Origin: the human T2T-CHM13v2.0 reference genome, Homo sapiens
Reading direction: 5' to 3' (one strand)
NCBI RefSeq assembly: GCF_009914755.1
Contig: NC_060942.1
DNA length: 64,000 nt
The position numbers and the translations under genes are program-made. The notes beneath the pieces were generated by a model. The model saw only the letters and a program-made list of their open reading frames with translations. It was not told where the DNA came from and did not search any database. This document shows positions 63,799 through 64,000 of the stretch, piece after piece. Numbering within the stretch: position 1 is the stretch's first letter; each line of letters opens with the position of its first letter.

Positions 63799-64000
63799 TA
63801 GGACTATCATGCAGTTTGTATTTTTTAACTCTGAGTAATTGGCCAAAATTAATTTAAAGGAATCATGTTTTCTGTATATGCATATTCCTCCTGGATAGAA
63901 CATCACCGACTGTTTTGTCCTAACATCAACGACTATGTTCCCTTTATGTTAGATGTAGCATAGTGATATTAATGGCTTTCTCAGGAAAACACATGACTTT

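Overview
AT-rich, gene-poor primate genomic DNA, very probably human: the full-length L1 carries the human-specific L1HS pre-Ta 3'UTR signature (ACG plus G6015). I found no cellular protein-coding gene; every long ORF is transposon-derived. Content: one full-length ~6 kb L1 on the minus strand (intact ORF1, ORF2 broken by one frameshift and one stop, no visible TSD), two 5'-inverted (twin-primed) L1 insertions with perfect TSDs, a full-length THE1 MaLR, an ERVL pol remnant, several solo LTRs, 13 Alus, MER75/MER2/MER5A DNA transposons, and MIR/L2/L3 relics. Structures not explained by repeat annotation alone: a ~180-bp-arm inverted duplication at 10.4-11.6 kb, a 33-bp-arm inverted repeat in an AT-rich tract at 27.6-27.9 kb, a ~180-bp direct duplication at 51.4/52.3 kb, a templated insertion in an L1 3'UTR, a triple TSD around tandem Alus, and a candidate minus-strand non-coding exon at 59.3-59.5 kb. 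I do not see convincing evidence of a novel biological system. Subfamily calls come from recalled consensus sequences and should be confirmed with RepeatMasker/Dfam.
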